Shown: positions 6,694 to 10,498 of the stretch, piece after piece | Layout of the letters: every line of letters begins with the position of its first letter | Position numbering within the stretch: position 1 is the stretch's first letter | NCBI GenBank assembly: GCA_037142195.1 | Contig: JBAXBA010000109.1 | Span: 1-10,498, forward strand | Length of the DNA: 10,498 nucleotides | Direction of reading: 5' to 3' | Source: Pseudomonadota bacterium | GTDB lineage: Bacteria; Bdellovibrionota_B; Oligoflexia; Oligoflexales; CAIMVM01 | Program-made: the position numbers and the translations under genes | The notes under the pieces: model-generated | Told to the model about the DNA's origin: nothing | Seen by the model: the letters and a program-made list of their open reading frames with translations, nothing else | Database searches by the model: none

Positions 6694-8283
6694 ATGCAGC
6701 CACTGTCCCATCATTGGGCCGACATTACCGCCGTGAAAGTCATTAAAAGTCGTGGCGCCGAACGAGATACCTATACTGTGGCTTCAGGGATTACGCCTTC
6801 AGGAATGGTGCATATTGGCAATTTTAGAGAAGTCTTGACCGTCGATTTGGTAGCAAGAGCCCTTCGTAAGGTGGGAAAGAAAGTTAGATTTATTTACAGC
6901 TGGGACAACTTTGATACCTTTAGAAAGGTTCCTAAAAACGTTCCTGATCAAGAAGCTTTTGTAAAGTATTTGAGGGCTCCTATTGCTCGTATTCCAGATC
7001 CATGGGGTGAGGCAGAATCCTACTCAGCAGGTCGAATTCATATTTTTGAGAATGAATTGAAAACCGTAGGGATACATCCTGAATTTATCTACCAAGAAAA
7101 GAAGTATTCTGCGGGGACTTATGCCTTACAGATCAGGCAGGCTCTTGAAGGGATTGACAAGATCAAGGCGGTTTTAAATGCCCATCGAGGAACTCCTCTT
7201 GGAGATGACTGGCTTCCTACTTCTATTTATTGTGAATCCTGTAACAAAGATGAAATGGTCTACGAAAAGTATTTAGGCGAGTGGAGCTACTCCTATAAGT
7301 GCGCGAGCTGCGGACATGAAGCGGTTACAGATATTCGTGAGACCAAAAACTTGAAGTTAGCATGGCGGGTTGATTGGCCCATGCGGTGGGCATTTGAAAA
7401 AGTCGACTTTGAGCCAGGTGGTAAAGATCACTCTTCACAGGGCGGTTCTTTTGATACAGCGAAAGACATTATAAAAGTCATTTGGGGATCAGAGGCACCC
7501 ACTTATTTGCAATATGATTTTGTGATGATCAAAGGTGGCGCTGGTAAGATGTCCTCTTCTTCAGGAGAGCTTTTCACTTTGAGCCAAGTTCTCTCAGTTT
7601 ACGATCCGATGATTGTGCGGTGGATCTTTGCAAATCAGCGGCCGAATACGGACTTCTCGTTGGCATTCGATGAAGATGTTATCAAGACTCATGAAGAATT
7701 TGATAGGTCCGAAGCCCTTGCCTTTACAGAAGCGGTTGATAATGGCGGCAAGTGGCAGCTCAATCGTCGCACCTATGAACTTGCTTGCGTAGAAGATAAG
7801 ATGCCAGAGCGGGCACCTTTTAGGCCAGGGTTTAGACAACTTTGCGATAGACTCCAAATTTCCGACCGAGATGTTGAGAAAACTATGAATCGCTATTATA
7901 GCTCTTTTATCAAGTCAGAAGCAGACCGAACTGCTTTCGTGACAAGAGCAAACTGCGCCTGTCAGTGGCTTGCTACCTATGCTCCCGAAAGCTTCGTGTA
8001 CTCCCTTCACGCCTCTCCGGTGGCTGTTTCCATGAATGACAAACAGTCCCTAGCGATTGATGCATTGAAGAAGTGGCTTGGAACGACTAACTTAGACAGC
8101 ATGGAACTCAAAGCCATCAACGAAGAAATTTATGAAAAAGTCATTCACGCCGTCGATGCCGACCCCAAAGAAGTATTTACAGCAGTCTATCAAAAACTTA
8201 TAGGCCGAGACCAAGGTCCAAGGCTTCCTATGTTTTTAAAAGAAGTAGGCAAAGAGCGTGTTTTAGCATTACTTGCGGACTAG
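6694..8283 (+). CDS. lysS: Class I lysyl-tRNA synthetase (LysRS1/LysK, spirochaete/archaeal type), 529 aa
   Basis: HWAD, SGITPSGMVHIGNFRE (HIGH motif), Zn knuckles CESC/CASC, KLAWRVDWPMRW, DFEPGGKDH, KMSSS (KMSKS motif) and C-terminal QGPRL. GGAG RBS at 6685-6688. Confidence 0.97.
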   Translation: MQPLSHHWADITAVKVIKSRGAERDTYTVASGITPSGMVHIGNFREVLTVDLVARALRKVGKKVRFIYSWDNFDTFRKVPKNVPDQEAFVKYLRAPIARIPDPWGEAESYSAGRIHIFENELKTVGIHPEFIYQEKKYSAGTYALQIRQALEGIDKIKAVLNAHRGTPLGDDWLPTSIYCESCNKDEMVYEKYLGEWSYSYKCASCGHEAVTDIRETKNLKLAWRVDWPMRWAFEKVDFEPGGKDHSSQGGSFDTAKDIIKVIWGSEAPTYLQYDFVMIKGGAGKMSSSSGELFTLSQVLSVYDPMIVRWIFANQRPNTDFSLAFDEDVIKTHEEFDRSEALAFTEAVDNGGKWQLNRRTYELACVEDKMPERAPFRPGFRQLCDRLQISDRDVEKTMNRYYSSFIKSEADRTAFVTRANCACQWLATYAPESFVYSLHASPVAVSMNDKQSLAIDALKKWLGTTNLDSMELKAINEEIYEKVIHAVDADPKEVFTAVYQKLIGRDQGPRLPMFLKEVGKERVLALLAD

Positions 8284-8412
8284 ATTTAAGGTCGGAAGTC
8301 TTTGAGGTTTAGAATATCTAGATCCTAATGACTTTTGAAGCATGGTGCTGAAAACCTTGCATTTCTGCCTAACCTCGCTTCGAAAAGGGCCCACGGTTAT
8401 ATCCGATAAATG

Positions 8413-8426
8413 GGAACATATGTTCG
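8413..8426. promoter_or_regulatory. Palindrome GAAC-ATAT-GTTC, resembling a Gram-positive-type LexA (Cheo) box
   Basis: GGAACATATGTTCG contains a perfect 12-bp palindrome at 8414-8425 and matches CGAACATATGTTCG at 13/14 positions. Function is not established. Confidence 0.35.
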
Positions 8427-8460
8427 AGTGAGACCTCTCGTGACAGCTTTGGTAGATGCT

Positions 8461-8508
8461 TTTTAGATGGTTTGTCTTTTAGAAAGTTTGTCATTTAGAA
8501 AATTTGTC
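8461..8508. repeat. Three imperfect 16-bp tandem direct repeats (consensus wTTTAGAwrrTTTGTC)
   Basis: ttttagatggtttgtc (8461-8476), ttttagaaagtttgtc (8477-8492), atttagaaaatttgtc (8493-8508). Confidence 0.75.
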
Positions 8509-8931
8509 TATGAGAGAATCTATTGCGACTTTAAAAACTGGAAACGGCTTGCCATGAAAGCCTTGGCCTGAAACTTAGCACTGAGCCGCGAAATGGGGAT
8601 GTTTTAGATTCTAGGTAAAGACAGCGAGTTACGGAGAGTTCTTGAAGAGTCCAGAGATTCCTTTGGGAAGCGTGTACTCGTTTCTAGTTCAGCGCATTTT
8701 CTGGATCCCTTGGGGTTCCTTGAGCTGGAATCTTTGAAGATAAAGAGGGAGAATATTTGTAAAACCGGCAGATTTGCACACAAACCTTCCTGATTCCCCA
8801 AATAAGATTCCGATAGAAGTTAAAAATGTCTTAAAAAATAGAACTGAAAAACTCGAAGCCATGGTTCTTTAAAGCTCTTGGATTTTCAGCATTCCAAGAA
8901 GCAGTAATTTATCTCATGTTCTAAATGACAA
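8488..8931. repeat. Distant inverted repeat pair bounding about 440 bp of non-coding DNA
   Basis: TTGTCATTTAGAA (8488-8500) is the exact reverse complement of TTCTAAATGACAA (8919-8931). After an 8-nt indel, 8510-8526 matches the reverse complement of 8901-8917 at 13/17 positions. Confidence 0.55.
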
Positions 8932-8943
8932 TCTATTTGCGGT

Positions 8944-10146
8944 CTAATCAACGGGTATACTTGTGACCCACTTTGACCTTAGCTGTTCTTTTTCGAGATC
9001 ACTCATCGCATCGACGACGTTTTTTTCAGGGAGCTCATTTTTTTGAGCGCTTCGGTAAAGGTTGATGTAGATTTTGTCTTTGGTGATTCTAATGCCGACA
9101 GGGCTCACAAAAGCACCGTCCAGTTCGGCAAATAGATCAGGCCAGGTATGGGTTTGAAAAGAAGGTTTTGCACCGGTCTTCGAGACGATGGCTTTGGCTT
9201 GACTAGATACAAGTGCAGAATAAGAACCGCCAGCAATGGACTGTATGGATTTTTGAAGGGAATCTGGAACTAACATGTCGACATCGGAGTAACTGGTGTC
9301 CATTCCTTGCAACACCGAATCTACTATGTTCTCCAAGGGATTTCTCTTAGCAAGGTTAGCTCTTCCCGTTGGCAAACTTCCCTTCAAGAGTATTTCTTCT
9401 CCATCTTTGCCCCTTGCTCGCAGAAAGTTTTGGACGTATTTTGCGATGCTTAAGACATCATCGCCCGTATAGACCCCAAAATCAGTTCCTTGAAGGGCAT
9501 CGTCGTGTTGCTTAGCAATAAAGCGATTTAAAGCGCTTCTGGCTTCTGCTTGGCTCTTTACATTTACAAAGAAATCCTCGGGTGGAAGAGTGAAGCGGAG
9601 TATGACGTCGAGGGCTCGTTTCGGAGCCATTCCGTTTCCAAACGGACTTTGATGTTTATTTTTATAGGCAATGGGATACAGATTTCCTATCTCTTTCCAT
9701 AAGGCTCCTTTAGTTTTGGCGTCCAAATTCATCATAACGGGTACAAGATGGTTTGAGAGGGATTGATCTTGAACTCCATCTTTGCCAATTTTTCTGACCA
9801 TACTTACCCAGTCGGCTTCAGATCCCACAACTAAATTTAGAGCTGTACTTGCAGATCCCATCTTGGCTGGATTCTTTAAAATATAGAATTTTAGCTTCAA
9901 AAACTCCTGATTATTTGTTTTTGCCAGTTGCATTAACTTGGTAACAAAATCGTTGGATGCTTTAACTTTGCTGCCGAGAGAGAGCCATTTTGAATCAAAT
10001 TCGGCAAACTTCCCAATCGATCGAAGGGATTGTAATAAAGAAATGACACTCTGCTCCTCGGAGTTCGACTCTTCTATGCTCGCCGACTTGCAGTTTGATA
10101 AGCTCAAAAAAGCAAATAAGATGAAAATGGTTCGAAGTGATTTCAT
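8944..10146 (-). CDS. Lipoprotein (400 aa) with a putative C-terminal Pol-beta-superfamily nucleotidyltransferase domain
   Basis: Start moved to ATG 10146 with AGGAG RBS (10155-10159). MKSLRTIFILFAFLSLSN-C19 is a lipoprotein-type signal. Motifs ILLKGSLPTGRA (G256-S257) and SDVDMLV (D288, D290). Confidence 0.8.
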   Translation of the reverse strand: MKSLRTIFILFAFLSLSNCKSASIEESNSEEQSVISLLQSLRSIGKFAEFDSKWLSLGSKVKASNDFVTKLMQLAKTNNQEFLKLKFYILKNPAKMGSASTALNLVVGSEADWVSMVRKIGKDGVQDQSLSNHLVPVMMNLDAKTKGALWKEIGNLYPIAYKNKHQSPFGNGMAPKRALDVILRFTLPPEDFFVNVKSQAEARSALNRFIAKQHDDALQGTDFGVYTGDDVLSIAKYVQNFLRARGKDGEEILLKGSLPTGRANLAKRNPLENIVDSVLQGMDTSYSDVDMLVPDSLQKSIQSIAGGSYSALVSSQAKAIVSKTGAKPSFQTHTWPDLFAELDGAFVSPVGIRITKDKIYINLYRSAQKNELPEKNVVDAMSDLEKEQLRSKWVTSIPVD

Positions 10147-10418
10147 TGTTTTAGCTCCTGTTATTTCAGTATTAATATTTACGTCACAATTGGCGACGTC
10201 CCAGCACATTTGTGAGGTGATTTCAGACTATTAGTGTAACTGTTGTTTATATAGTCTCACAGCAGGACTTTCAGTCAAGTCAATTTGTGAACCTGTTAAG
10301 AGTCACGGTCGTGCTTTATAGAGTCGGAGGCAGTCGAAAAAGTAAAGGTAAGCTATGTAGCTAGTCTCTATCTATAGCTAGCCTCCACCTAAAGCTAGGC
10401 TCAATAAGCGTGCTTGGT

Positions 10419-10496
10419 TTAAGAACTCCGATTCTTTGGCCATAGAGTACATTCGAACGGGTAATCAAATCTCATGTCCCTAGCTTCTCTCACGGC
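10419..10496 (-). CDS. Possible 3' end of an upstream minus-strand gene entering from the right edge
   Basis: An open frame AVREARDMRFDYPFECTLWPKNRSS* ends at TAA 10421-10419. At only 25 codons it could be chance. Confidence 0.2.
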   Translation of the reverse strand, partial: AVREARDMRFDYPFECTLWPKNRSS

Positions 10497-10498
10497 GT

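Noticed and set aside
7594..7857. 87-aa minus-strand ORF
   Set aside because: It lies antisense within lysS.
8461..8508. CRISPR array
   Set aside because: The repeats are 16 bp and abut without spacers, and no cas genes are present.
8604..8801. 65-aa ORF as an immunity or antitoxin gene for the NTase lipoprotein
   Set aside because: TTG start without a clear RBS, about 140 nt from the upstream stop, and no recognisable features; not supportable, though not excluded.
8284..8943. oriC or a tRNA gene in the long intergenic region
   Set aside because: No DnaA boxes (TTATCCACA-like) and no cloverleaf with a T-arm could be found.
9938..10234. 98-aa plus-strand ORF and the extended start at 10209
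   Set aside because: The ORF is an antisense shadow of the lipoprotein; ATG 10146 has the AGGAG RBS and places the signal peptide at the N-terminus.

Overview
Bacterial chromosomal window, roughly mid-40s % GC by eye. The Cys-lipoproteins, the DnaC-like ATPase and the spirochaete-type class I LysRS fit a Bdellovibrionota/Oligoflexia-like organism (inference only). Five genes run on the minus strand from 5877 leftwards: a TerC/YgdQ membrane protein, an exported WCPPC thioredoxin with a long helical tail, a Zn-ribbon DnaC/IstB-like AAA+ ATPase, a translationally coupled 243-aa protein that looks like a catalytically dead paralog of that ATPase, and a >584-aa lipoprotein missing from the ORF track (it runs off the left edge) that resembles M30-like zinc peptidases but lacks HExxH. 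On the plus strand, a divergent TetR (WHG-type) regulator is followed by class I lysyl-tRNA synthetase. A 660-bp convergent intergenic region carries a GAAC-N4-GTTC palindrome, 16-bp tandem repeats and a distant inverted repeat. At the right is a 400-aa lipoprotein with a Pol-beta-type nucleotidyltransferase motif. No tRNA, rRNA, CRISPR, transposase or phage genes were seen. Best leads: the active/dead helicase-loader-like pair, the exported nucleotidyltransferase and the pseudo-peptidase lipoprotein.
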